A stretch of DNA of 64,000 nucleotides. Origin: Pseudomonas aeruginosa PAO1. GTDB lineage: Bacteria > Pseudomonadota > Gammaproteobacteria > Pseudomonadales > Pseudomonadaceae. Below the pieces are notes generated by a model. The model was not told the DNA's origin. It made no database searches and saw only the letters and a list, made by a program, of their open reading frames with translations. Both the position numbers and the translations under genes were made by a program. The stretch's first letter is position 1. Each line of letters opens with the position of its first letter. Positions 36,263-46,228 of this stretch are shown in pieces. The stretch lies in assembly GCF_000006765.1 (NCBI RefSeq), contig NC_002516.2; one strand, given 5' to 3'.

Positions 36263-37756
36263 TCAGGAACGCCGTAGTCGAGCGCTGTGTTCCTCGTAGG
36301 CGCGGCTGAATTCGCGGCCGAAAAGCTCCTGGAAGTCGTCCTCCGCCTCGCGCAGGATCTTCGCGTACAGCTCGGTGAAACTGTCCCAGTTCTGTGCCTG
36401 GCGGGCCCCCGGCAGCAGGCCGGAAAGCCCGGCCGGCTTGCCGAAGCGGGCTTCCAGCGCGGCCGGTTCGAAGCGCGCCAGCAGGTGGCGGATGGCGGCC
36501 TGCACGCCGGCCATCACCGCCAGCTGGTGCGCCTTGAGGTCTTCGAAGCTGTCGGCCACCGCGCGATCCGGCGCCATGAACGCCTGGTTGTCGCGGCGCA
36601 GCAGGAGCAGCATGGCCTCGTCGACGTTCGGCGCGAACTTCAGCGGGTTGTTCTGCACCGGCTGGATCATGGTCTGCGCCATGCGGAACTCGCCCTTCAG
36701 GCTGGCCCGCGCGCGCAGCACGTCCACCAGTCCTTCCACCAGGCCGCGATAGCTGCGGCCGATGGCTTCCATCTGCGCTTCGGCGCCGGCCGGGTCGACC
36801 TTCAACTGGGTCATGCCGGCGCCGCGCAGGAACGCTTGCAGCAGGTCGCCGCCGGCCGACGCGGCGGCGCTTGCCGGCGGCGTCGGCGCCGCCACGCTCG
36901 CTGGCTGTGGCTGTGGCTGTGGCTGTGGCTGTGGCTGTGGCTGTGGCTGTGGCTGTGGCTGTGGCTGTTGGGTGATCCCTGGGTCGGCGAAGGGCATCGC
37001 CAGCGGCGTCGGTTCGGCCGTCGGCAGCGGCTGGGCGACGGGCGTGGCGCTTGGCGCGGGCGTGTTGCCGAGCAGTTCGGCGAACGGGTCCCAGTCGGCC
37101 GGAATCAGCGGTGCGCCGCCAGCGGGCGGTGGCGCCGGGGTGGTCGCGGGGGGCGGCGGGATCACCGGTTCCGGCGGGCGGAAGTCGTGCTGTTCGGCCG
37201 GTACATGGTCCGGACGCGGCGCCGCGCCGGGCGGCGGCGGGGTGAGGAAGTCGAACAGGTCGGGCTTGGTGTCCAGCGGCGAGCCGCCCTGGAAATGCGC
37301 CGTCACCGCGGGGTGCGGGGTGGGCGCCGGTTCGGCGAAGGCAGGCGCCGATCCGGCGGCCTGCCGGCTCATCAGGGCGTCGAAGCTGGTGAACGGATCG
37401 GTCTGCGGATTGCCGCTGCCGGGCAGGGCGATGTCATGGCCGAGCTGGACGAGGATGTCGTATTCGCCGAGGCGGACGGTCTCGCCGTCCTGCAGCGGCT
37501 CGCTGTTGCCGCGGCGCAGGCGGTGCCCGGCATTGACCAGCAGCACGCCGTTGGTGCTGGTGTCGGTGAGGTAGTACACCCCGTCGCGGTTGAGGATGGT
37601 GCAGTGGCGGCTGGAGACCAGGCGCTCCGGGTCCGGCAGGACCCAGTCGTTGTCCGGGCCCCGACCGATGGTCAGCTGTCCCTGGTCCAGTACCTTTTCC
37701 GAACACTGACCGGGGGTCAGCTTGTGGTAGCTGGTGATGGTCAATCGCAGCGGCAT
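36263..37756 (-). CDS. fha1: FHA-domain protein Fha1
   Basis: IGRGPDNDWVLPD...VSSRH...DTSTNG FHA motifs; Pro-rich linker; NNPLKF; AAGGAG RBS. Confidence 0.95.
   Translation of the reverse strand: MPLRLTITSYHKLTPGQCSEKVLDQGQLTIGRGPDNDWVLPDPERLVSSRHCTILNRDGVYYLTDTSTNGVLLVNAGHRLRRGNSEPLQDGETVRLGEYDILVQLGHDIALPGSGNPQTDPFTSFDALMSRQAAGSAPAFAEPAPTPHPAVTAHFQGGSPLDTKPDLFDFLTPPPPGAAPRPDHVPAEQHDFRPPEPVIPPPPATTPAPPPAGGAPLIPADWDPFAELLGNTPAPSATPVAQPLPTAEPTPLAMPFADPGITQQPQPQPQPQPQPQPQPQPQPQPASVAAPTPPASAAASAGGDLLQAFLRGAGMTQLKVDPAGAEAQMEAIGRSYRGLVEGLVDVLRARASLKGEFRMAQTMIQPVQNNPLKFAPNVDEAMLLLLRRDNQAFMAPDRAVADSFEDLKAHQLAVMAGVQAAIRHLLARFEPAALEARFGKPAGLSGLLPGARQAQNWDSFTELYAKILREAEDDFQELFGREFSRAYEEHSARLRRS
36903..36968. 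repeat. Perfect 6-bp tandem repeat (GGCTGT)x11 encoding (QP)11 in Fha1
   Basis: Counted directly; from memory this is the MLVA marker ms010. Confidence 0.95.
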
Positions 37757-38048
37757 TGCTACTCCTTGCATTGCCAGCGCCCGGCTCTTCCAGGCGCTCA
37801 CCCCCGTGCCCGAGGGATTTCGGTTCGCATCCAGGCTGGCCCGACGGCTTTCCGGCGTTTCGTCGCCTCGGGAAGACACATCGGGTGATACCGGATTATA
37901 AAAGACTAATCCTACGTCTTTTAAAGATTTGTCCGATCTGCGGTGTCATGCAACTAGTGGCGTTGTGCCTTCCTTGACAAGCCTTGCGGCATGCCACAAG
38001 AATTTTGCCAACCTTTCGAGTCATCCAATATTCATCAATGGCTCCTAC

Positions 38049-38118
38049 AAGATCCGACGGAGTGGATCTTACAAGCGAAGGTGAGGGCCGCGCAGCGGCT
38101 TCGATGATAGGGAGATCG
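38049..38118 (+). promoter_or_regulatory. RsmA/RsmN-type GGA hairpins in the tssA1 leader
   Basis: AAGATCC-GACGGAGT-GGATCTT (38049-38070) and GAT-AGGGAG-ATC over the RBS (38106-38117). Confidence 0.75.
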
Positions 38119-38123
38119 TCACC

Positions 38124-39158
38124 GTGCTGGATGTACCCGTTTTGCTGGCTGCCGTATCCCCGGACTCGCCCTGTGGCGACGATCTGGAGTACGACGCCGC
38201 GTTCCTCGAACTCGAACGCATCGCCCAGGGCCAACCCGAGCGCCAGATGGGCGATGCCGTGCTGCCCGCCGAGCCGCCGGAGTGGCCGCGCGTACGCGCG
38301 CTGGCCAGCGAACTGTTCGGCCGTAGCAAGGACCTGCGGGTAGCCAACCTGCTGCTGCAGAGCAACGTCGCCCTCGACGGCCTGGACGGGCTCGCCGACG
38401 GCCTGCTGCTGGTCCGCGAGCTGCTCGGCCAGTACTGGGACGGCGTCTATCCGTTGCTCGACGCCGATGACGACAACGACCCCACCTTCCGTATCAACGC
38501 CCTCACCGGCCTGGTCGCCGAACCGCTGCTGCAACTGGTCTGGGCGATCCCGCTGGTGCGCTCGCGGGCGTTCGGCCCGGTCAACCTGCGCGCCGCGCTG
38601 AACGCCGCCGGGCTGCAACGCTTCGCCAGCGAGACCCTGAGTCCCGAGCAGATCGCCGGCGCCTTCGCCGATGCCGACGCCGATGCGCTGGCCGCCACCC
38701 GGCGCGCCCTGGATGGCGCCCAGGAACATGCCCTGGCCATCGAGAGCGGCGTCGCCGAACGGGTCGGCTCGGCCCAGGGACTCGACCTCGGTCCCCTTCG
38801 TCAACTGCTGCGCCAGGCCCTCCAGGTGTTCGACCTGTACGGCCCGCAGGGCGCCGGCGAGTCCTTGGCGCCGGGTGCCGAGGCGGTCGCCGACGAGCAG
38901 GTGGGTGCCGCGCCTGTCGCAGCCGTCGCCGCGCCGGCACCGCGAGCCAGCGGCGAGATCGCCAACCGCGAAGACGTCCTGCGCCAGCTCGATCGCCTGC
39001 TCGAGTATTACGTTCGCCACGAGCCGTCGAGTCCGGTGCCGGTGCTGCTCAAGCGCGCCAAGACACTGGTGACGGCCGACTTCGCCGAAATCGTGAGGAA
39101 TCTCATCCCCGATGGGATTTCCCAGTTCGAAACCCTGCGAGGCCCGGAAAGCGAGTAA
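38124..39158 (+). CDS. tssA1: TssA
   Basis: ImpA_N domain (PCGDDLEYD, SKDLRV), C-terminal PSSPVP. Confidence 0.95.
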   Translation: MLDVPVLLAAVSPDSPCGDDLEYDAAFLELERIAQGQPERQMGDAVLPAEPPEWPRVRALASELFGRSKDLRVANLLLQSNVALDGLDGLADGLLLVRELLGQYWDGVYPLLDADDDNDPTFRINALTGLVAEPLLQLVWAIPLVRSRAFGPVNLRAALNAAGLQRFASETLSPEQIAGAFADADADALAATRRALDGAQEHALAIESGVAERVGSAQGLDLGPLRQLLRQALQVFDLYGPQGAGESLAPGAEAVADEQVGAAPVAAVAAPAPRASGEIANREDVLRQLDRLLEYYVRHEPSSPVPVLLKRAKTLVTADFAEIVRNLIPDGISQFETLRGPESE

Positions 39159-39246
39159 CGCCTAGCGGCCGTCCGGGCCAACGCTGCAAGCCGCCGGGGC
39201 GATTCCGACGGCGCTAACAACCGCCGTCGCGCGAGGGAGAAACAAG

Positions 39247-39765
39247 ATGGGAAGCACTACCAGCAGTCAGAAGTTCATCGCCAGGAACCGGGCGCCACGC
39301 GTGCAGATCGAGTACGACGTGGAGCTGTACGGTGCCGAGAAGAAGGTCCAGCTGCCCTTCGTCATGGGCGTCATGGCCGACCTCGCCGGCAAGCCCGCCG
39401 AACCCCAGGCGGCGGTCGCCGACCGCAAGTTCCTGGAGATCGACGTGGACAACTTCGATGCCCGGCTGAAGGCGATGAAGCCGCGGGTGGCCTTCAACGT
39501 ACCGAACGTGCTGACCGGCGAAGGCAACCTGAGCCTGGACATCACCTTCGAGAGCATGGACGACTTCAGCCCCGCCGCGGTGGCGCGCAAGGTCGATTCG
39601 CTGAACAAGCTGCTCGAGGCGCGTACCCAGCTGGCCAACCTGCTGACCTACATGGACGGCAAGACCGGCGCCGAGGAAATGATCATGAAGGCGATCAAGG
39701 ACCCGGCCCTGCTTCAGGCCCTGGCCAGCGCGCCGAAGCCCAAAGACGACGAGCCGCAGGCGTAA
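39247..39765 (+). CDS. tssB1: Sheath small subunit TssB
   Basis: RAPRVQIEYDVE, LPFVMGV. Confidence 0.97.
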   Translation: MGSTTSSQKFIARNRAPRVQIEYDVELYGAEKKVQLPFVMGVMADLAGKPAEPQAAVADRKFLEIDVDNFDARLKAMKPRVAFNVPNVLTGEGNLSLDITFESMDDFSPAAVARKVDSLNKLLEARTQLANLLTYMDGKTGAEEMIMKAIKDPALLQALASAPKPKDDEPQA

Positions 39766-39777
39766 GAGGATTCCAGC

Positions 39778-41274
39778 ATGGCCGAATTGAGCACCGAGAA
39801 CCTGGCCCAGGGCCAGACCACCACCGAGCAGACCAGTGAGTTCGCCAGCCTGCTGCTGCAGGAGTTCAAGCCCAAGACCGAGCGCGCCCGCGAAGCGGTG
39901 GAGACCGCCGTGCGGACCCTCGCCGAGCATGCCCTGGAGCAGACCAGCCTGATCTCCAACGACGCGATCAAGTCGATCGAGTCGATCATCGCGGCGCTTG
40001 ACGCCAAGCTCACCGCGCAGGTCAACCTGATCATGCACCACGCCGACTTCCAGCAACTGGAAAGCGCCTGGCGCGGCCTGCACTACCTGGTCAACAACAC
40101 CGAGACCGACGAGCAACTGAAGATCCGCGTGCTGAACATCTCCAAGCCGGAGCTGCACAAGACCCTGAAGAAATTCAAGGGCACCACCTGGGACCAGAGC
40201 CCGATCTTCAAGAAGCTCTACGAAGAGGAATACGGCCAGTTCGGCGGCGAGCCCTATGGCTGCCTGGTCGGCGACTACTACTTCGACCAGTCGCCGCCGG
40301 ACGTCGAGCTGCTCGGCGAGATGGCGAAGATCTCCGCCGCCATGCACGCGCCGTTCATCTCCGCCGCCTCGCCGACGGTGATGGGCATGGGTTCCTGGCA
40401 GGAACTGTCCAACCCGCGCGACCTGACCAAGATCTTCACCACCCCGGAATACGCCGGCTGGCGTTCGCTGCGCGAGTCCGAGGACTCCCGCTACATCGGC
40501 CTGACCATGCCGCGCTTCCTGGCGCGCCTGCCCTACGGGGCGAAGACCGATCCGGTGGAAGAGTTCGCCTTCGAGGAAGAAACCGACGGCGCCGACAGCA
40601 GCAAGTACGCCTGGGCCAACTCGGCCTACGCGATGGCGGTCAACATCAACCGCTCCTTCAAGCTCTACGGCTGGTGCTCGCGGATCCGCGGCGTCGAGTC
40701 CGGCGGCGAGGTGCAGGGCCTGCCGGCGCACACCTTCCCCACCGACGACGGCGGCGTGGACATGAAGTGCCCGACCGAGATCGCCATTTCCGACCGCCGC
40801 GAGGCGGAGCTGGCGAAGAACGGCTTCATGCCGCTGCTGCACAAGAAGAACACCGACTTCGCCGCCTTCATCGGCGCGCAGTCGCTGCAGAAACCCGCCG
40901 AGTACGACGATCCGGACGCCACCGCCAACGCCAACCTGGCGGCGCGCCTGCCCTACCTGTTCGCCACCTGCCGCTTCGCCCATTACCTGAAGTGCATCGT
41001 TCGCGACAAGATCGGTTCCTTCAAGGAGAAGGACGAGATGCAGCGCTGGCTGCAGGACTGGATCCTCAACTACGTCGACGGCGACCCGGCCCACTCCACC
41101 GAGACCACCAAGGCCCAGCACCCGCTGGCGGCGGCCGAAGTGGTGGTGGAGGAAGTCGAAGGCAATCCGGGTTACTACAACTCGAAGTTCTTCCTTCGCC
41201 CGCACTACCAGCTCGAGGGACTGACGGTATCGCTACGCCTGGTATCCAAGCTGCCTTCGGCCAAAGAGGCCTGA
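39778..41274 (+). CDS. tssC1: Sheath large subunit TssC
   Basis: FQQLESAWRGL, EEYGQFGGEPYG, FLRPHYQLEGL. Confidence 0.97.
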   Translation: MAELSTENLAQGQTTTEQTSEFASLLLQEFKPKTERAREAVETAVRTLAEHALEQTSLISNDAIKSIESIIAALDAKLTAQVNLIMHHADFQQLESAWRGLHYLVNNTETDEQLKIRVLNISKPELHKTLKKFKGTTWDQSPIFKKLYEEEYGQFGGEPYGCLVGDYYFDQSPPDVELLGEMAKISAAMHAPFISAASPTVMGMGSWQELSNPRDLTKIFTTPEYAGWRSLRESEDSRYIGLTMPRFLARLPYGAKTDPVEEFAFEEETDGADSSKYAWANSAYAMAVNINRSFKLYGWCSRIRGVESGGEVQGLPAHTFPTDDGGVDMKCPTEIAISDRREAELAKNGFMPLLHKKNTDFAAFIGAQSLQKPAEYDDPDATANANLAARLPYLFATCRFAHYLKCIVRDKIGSFKEKDEMQRWLQDWILNYVDGDPAHSTETTKAQHPLAAAEVVVEEVEGNPGYYNSKFFLRPHYQLEGLTVSLRLVSKLPSAKEA

Positions 41275-41349
41275 GGCATTCAACGACAGCGCCTGCCATG
41301 GTGGCGGGCGCTTGCATAGCGTAGTGGCGCGAGCCACACGGGAGGAAAG

Positions 41350-41838
41350 ATGGCTGTTGATATGTTCATCAAGATCGGCGACGTCAAGGGTGAGTCCAAG
41401 GACAAGACTCACGCCGAGGAAATCGACGTGCTGGCATGGAGCTGGGGCATGTCCCAGTCCGGGTCGATGCACATGGGCGGTGGCGGCGGCGCCGGCAAGG
41501 TCAACGTGCAGGACCTGTCGTTCACCAAGTACATCGACAAGTCCACGCCCAACCTGATGATGGCCTGCTCCAGCGGCAAGCACTATCCGCAGGCGAAGCT
41601 GACCATCCGCAAGGCCGGCGGCGAGAACCAGGTCGAGTACCTGATCATCACCCTGAAGGAAGTCCTGGTGTCCTCGGTGAGCACCGGCGGCAGCGGTGGC
41701 GAGGATCGCCTGACCGAGAACGTGACCCTGAACTTCGCCCAGGTCCAGGTCGACTACCAGCCGCAGAAGGCGGATGGCGCGAAGGACGGCGGTCCGGTCA
41801 AGTACGGCTGGAACATCCGCCAGAACGTGCAGGCCTGA
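41350..41838 (+). CDS. hcp1: Hcp tube protein
   Basis: GDVKGESKDKTHAEEIDVLAWSWG. Confidence 0.98.
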   Translation: MAVDMFIKIGDVKGESKDKTHAEEIDVLAWSWGMSQSGSMHMGGGGGAGKVNVQDLSFTKYIDKSTPNLMMACSSGKHYPQAKLTIRKAGGENQVEYLIITLKEVLVSSVSTGGSGGEDRLTENVTLNFAQVQVDYQPQKADGAKDGGPVKYGWNIRQNVQA

Positions 41839-42065
41839 TGAGCCGGCTGCCGGTCATGGCGTGGCCAGGCCATGCCGTGGCCGGTGCGAGCGCCCGCCAT
41901 ACCGGGTGCCGAAGGCGCGCGCGGCGCGCCGCGGACCTCGTCCGCCCGACCTCCTGCCGGAGGTACTGAATTCCACCGGGTCGTCCGTCGCGTCCGCCGG
42001 GCGCCATGGCCGACCCTTCATTCGCATCCGGGCGCCTGGGCTCCCGGCTACAGGGAAGTATCGCG

Positions 42066-42851
42066 ATGATCGCCGAAGAACTGTTGCGCGCCGGGCGCCT
42101 GGACGATGCCTTGAAAGCCTTGCAGGAACAGGTGCGCAGCCAGCCGTCGAACGCTACCCTGCGGATCTTCCTGTTCCAGCTGCTGGCCGTGATGGGCCAG
42201 TGGGCGCGGGCGCAGAACCAGCTCAAGGTGGTCGGCGAACTGGATGCCTCGGCGCTGCCGATGGTACAGACCTACTCCACCGCCATCGACTGCGAGGCGC
42301 TGCGCCGCGAGGTGTTCGCCGGGCGCCTGACGCCGGTGATCCTCGGCCAGCCGGCGGAATGGATCGCGCCGCTGTTGCAGGCCCTGAGCCTGGACGCCGA
42401 AGGCCATGGCGAGGCCGCCCAGGCCCTGCGCGAGCAGGCCTTCGACGCCGCGCCGGCGGTGCCCGGTCGGATCGGCGAAGCGCCGTTCGCCTGGCTGGCG
42501 GATGCCGACACGCGCCTCGGCCCGGTGCTCGAGGTAATCGTCAACGGTCGCTATGCCTGGTTGCCGATGAGCAACCTGCGCAGCCTCAAGGTCGAGGCGC
42601 CGAGCGACCTGCGCGATCTGGTCTGGCTGCCGGCCGAACTGACCCTGGCCAACGGTGGCGCCACCGTCGCGCTGCTGCCGGCGCGCTACGCGGAAACCGT
42701 CGAGCACGGCGACGACGCCGCGCGCCTGGGACGCAAGACCGAATGGCTGGACAGCGGCCTGCCGGTCGGCCAGCGGCTGTTCGTCACCGATGCCGGCGAG
42801 ACCGCGCTGTTCGACCTGCGTGAACTGGACTTCGAGCCGACGGACGCCTGA
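42066..42851 (+). CDS. tagJ1: TagJ (ImpE family); ORF extends to 42006 but 42066 is the likelier start
   Basis: AGGGA before ATG 42066; [30 protein letters not shown]. Confidence 0.9.
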
Positions 42852-42852
42852 C

Positions 42853-43362
42853 ATGGCCGAACTGACCCTCCAGGAGCGCCTGCAGCCGTCGCTGCTCGAC
42901 CGCCTCACCGACGACGAGCCGGGCAACCTCAAGGAAGCCGCGGAGCGCCGGGTGCTGACCCTGAACCAGCTGAAGGCCTCGGTGCTGCGCGACCTGGCGT
43001 GGCTGTTCAACACCACTTCGCTGTTCGACCACGGCCCCGCCGCACGGATGCCGGCCGGCAACTCGGTGCTCAACTACGGGCTGCCGGCGCTGGCCGGGCA
43101 CACCGCGTCGAGCGTCGACGTGCATGCCATCGAGGCGCTGCTCACCGAGACCATCGCCACCTTCGAGCCGCGCATCATCCGTTCTTCGTTGCGGGTGCGC
43201 GCGCAACTGCTGCCCGGCGAGATGGACCACAACGCCCTGAGCTTCGAGATCGAGGGCGACCTCTGGGCCGAACCGGCGCCGCTGCGCCTGCTGCTGACCA
43301 CCAACCTGGACCTGGAGACCGGCCACGTGCGCGTCGCCCAGGGCGAGCGGAGGCGTACATGA
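42853..43362 (+). CDS. tssE1: Baseplate TssE (gp25-like)
   Basis: [19 protein letters not shown]. Confidence 0.95.
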
Positions 43363-45218
43363 ACCCGCGCCTGCTCGAGTACTACAACCAGGAATTGCAA
43401 CACATCCGCGAAAGCGCCGCGGAGTTCGCCGAGGAATTCCCGAAGATCGCCGGGCGCCTGTCGCTGTCCGGCTTCGAGTGCGCCGACCCCTACGTCGAGC
43501 GCCTGCTGGAAGGCTTCGCCTATCTCACCGCGCGGGTCCAGCTGAAGCTCGACGCGGAGTACCCGACCTTCACCCACAACCTGTTGGAAATCGCCTACCC
43601 GCACTACCTGGCGCCGACCCCGTCGATGACCGTGGTGCAGTTGCGCCCGGACCCCAACGAAGGCGCCCTGAGCAGCGGCTTCAGCATCGAGCGCGGGGCC
43701 TCCCTGCGCGGCCAGCTCGGCCCCGATGACCAGACCGCCTGCGAATACCGCACCGCCCACCCGGTGACCCTGTGGCCGCTGGAAGTGGCCCAGGCCGACT
43801 ACTTCGGCAATCCCGCCGCGGTGCTCGGCCGCCTCGCCGCCAGCGAGCCGCGGGCCAAGGCCGGCCTGCGCATCCGCCTGCGCAGCGGCGCCGGCATCCC
43901 GTTCGACAGCCTGTCGCTGGACGCCCTGCCGCTCTACCTGCACGGCGCCGACGAACAACCCTACCGCCTCTACGAACAATTGCTCGGCAACGCCTGCGCG
44001 GTGTTCGTCCGCGCCCCGGACAATGCCTGGGTCGAACGCCTGCCGACGAGCAGCCTGCGTGCGCGCGGCTTCGACGACGAGGACGCGCTGCTGCCGGTGG
44101 TGCCGCGGGCGTTCCAGGGCTACCGCCTGCTGCAGGAATACTTCGCCCTGCCGGCGCGCTTCCTGTTCGTCGAGTTCTCCGGCCTGAACCGCGCCCTGCG
44201 TCGATGCCACGGCGAGGAGCTGGAACTGGTCGTGCTGTTCGGCAAGCACGACCAGCGCCTGGAGGGCACGGTGGACGCAGAGCAACTGGTGCCGTTCTGC
44301 ACCCCGGCGATCAACCTGTTCCCGCGCCGCTGCGACCGCATCCACCTGTCCGACCGGGTCAACGAGCATCACGTGATCGTCGACCGCACCCGTCCGCTGG
44401 ATTTCGAGGTGCATTCGCTGCAACAGGTGAGCGGCCACGGCAGCGGTCCGGAGCAACCCTTCCAACCGTTCTACGCGGTGCGCGACCCGGCGCGCTACGG
44501 CCGCGAGCAGGCCTACTTCAGAGTGCGCCGCGAACCGCGCGTGCTGTCCAGCAAGCAGCGGCGCAAGGGCCCGCGCTCGACCTACGTCGGCAGCGAGACC
44601 TTCGTCGCCCTGGTCGACGCCAACCAGGCGCCCTATCGCCACGACCTGCGCCAGCTCGGCATCGCCGCGCTGTGCACCAACCGCGACCTGCCGCTGTTCA
44701 TGCCGATCGGCGCGCACAAGAGCGACTTCACCCTGGAGGACAGCGCGCCGGTCATGCAGGTGCGCTGCCTCGCCGGACCGAGCCGGCCGCGCGCCAGCCG
44801 TGCCCACGATGCCAGCGCCTGGCGGCTGATCAGCCAGCTGTCGCTGAACTACCTGTCGCTGGCCGAGCGCGGCCAGGGCGCCGCCGCCCTGCGCGAGCTG
44901 CTGCGGCTCTACGGCGACAGCGGCGATCCGGCGCTGCAATTGCAGATCGAGGGCCTGCGCGAGGTCAGCAGCAAGCCTTGCACGCGGCGCCTGCCGATGC
45001 CCGGGCCGATCGTCTTCGGCCGTGGCCTGGAGATCACCCTGGACTTCGACGAGAACGCGTTCCGCGGCACCGGGGTGTTCCTTCTCGGCGCTGTGTTCGA
45101 GCGCTTCCTGGCACGCTACGTGTCGATCAACAGCTTTACCGAGACGGTGCTGCGCACCGGCGAACGGGGCGAGGTGATGAGATGGCAGGCGAAGCCGGGC
45201 AGCCGTCCGAACCTCTGA
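43359..45218 (+). CDS. tssF1: Baseplate TssF
   Basis: [33 protein letters not shown]. Confidence 0.96.
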
Positions 45219-46228
45219 ACCTGCTCGCCGGGATGGCGGCGGCGCCCTGGGACTATGACTTCTTCCAGGCGCTGCGGCGCATCGAGTGCGAGTCGCCGCA
45301 ACTGCCGCGCCTCGGTCATTCGGTGCGGCTGGCGGACGACCCGCTGCGTCTCGGGCAGAAGCCCGACTGCACCTTCGCGCCCTCGACCCTGGCCTCGGTG
45401 AGCCAGGCCGGCACCGCTGCGGTGCCGCGCCTGGACCAGTTCTTCTTCGGCCTCACCGGCCCCAACGGGCCGCTGCCGCTGCACCTCACCGAATACGCCC
45501 GGGAACGCCAGCGCAACGTCAACGACGCGACCTTCAAGCGCTTCATGGACGTCTTCCACCACCGCCTGCTGACCCTGTTCTACCGGGCCTGGGCCGAGGC
45601 GCGGCCGGAGATCAGCCACGACCGGATCGACGACGACTACTGGTCGGCGCGCCTCGCCGCGCTCTCCGGGCGCGGCATGCCGAGCCTGCGGGGGCGCGAG
45701 CCGCTGGCGGATACCGCACGCTACTACTACACCGGCCACCTCGCCGCGCAGACCCGCTACCCGGACGGCCTGCGGGTGATCCTCGCGGAGTATTTCGAGG
45801 TCCCGGTGGCGGTCGAGGAATACGTCGGCCAATGGCTGGAGCTGCCCGAGCGCAGCCGCCTCGGCGTCGACTCGACGAGCCTGGGCATGGACGTCTGCCT
45901 GGGCACCCACGTCTGGGACCGCCAGCACAAGTTCCGCCTGCGCCTGGGGCCGCTGGACCTCGATCAATACCAGCGCTTCCTGCCCGACGGCGACCACTTC
46001 GTCGAGCTGGCCGCCTGGGTCGCCGAATACCTGGGCGAGGAGCTGGACTGGGACGTCAACCTGGTCCTGCAACGCCACGAAGTACCCCCGCTGGGCCTGC
46101 AGGGCGGCGGGCGGCTCGGTTTCAACACCTGGCTGGGCGATCCCGGCCAGGACGCCAGGGATCTACTGCTGGCCCGCCAGTACGCCACTGCGCGGCCGCA
46201 CGAGCACAAGGAGAAGGAACATGAGTGA
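45182..46228 (+). CDS. tssG1: Baseplate TssG
   Basis: YDFFQALRRIE, GLTGPNGPLP, FMDVFHHRL. Confidence 0.95.
   Translation: MAGEAGQPSEPLNLLAGMAAAPWDYDFFQALRRIECESPQLPRLGHSVRLADDPLRLGQKPDCTFAPSTLASVSQAGTAAVPRLDQFFFGLTGPNGPLPLHLTEYARERQRNVNDATFKRFMDVFHHRLLTLFYRAWAEARPEISHDRIDDDYWSARLAALSGRGMPSLRGREPLADTARYYYTGHLAAQTRYPDGLRVILAEYFEVPVAVEEYVGQWLELPERSRLGVDSTSLGMDVCLGTHVWDRQHKFRLRLGPLDLDQYQRFLPDGDHFVELAAWVAEYLGEELDWDVNLVLQRHEVPPLGLQGGGRLGFNTWLGDPGQDARDLLLARQYATARPHEHKEKEHE

Noticed and set aside
24634-36299. Very long antisense ORFs (24634-28119, 29818-33246, 33051-36299) and similar ones at 46122-49043 and 53203-55569
   Set aside because: They are shadows of real genes on the opposite strand, caused by high-GC codon bias; no RBS or recognisable domains
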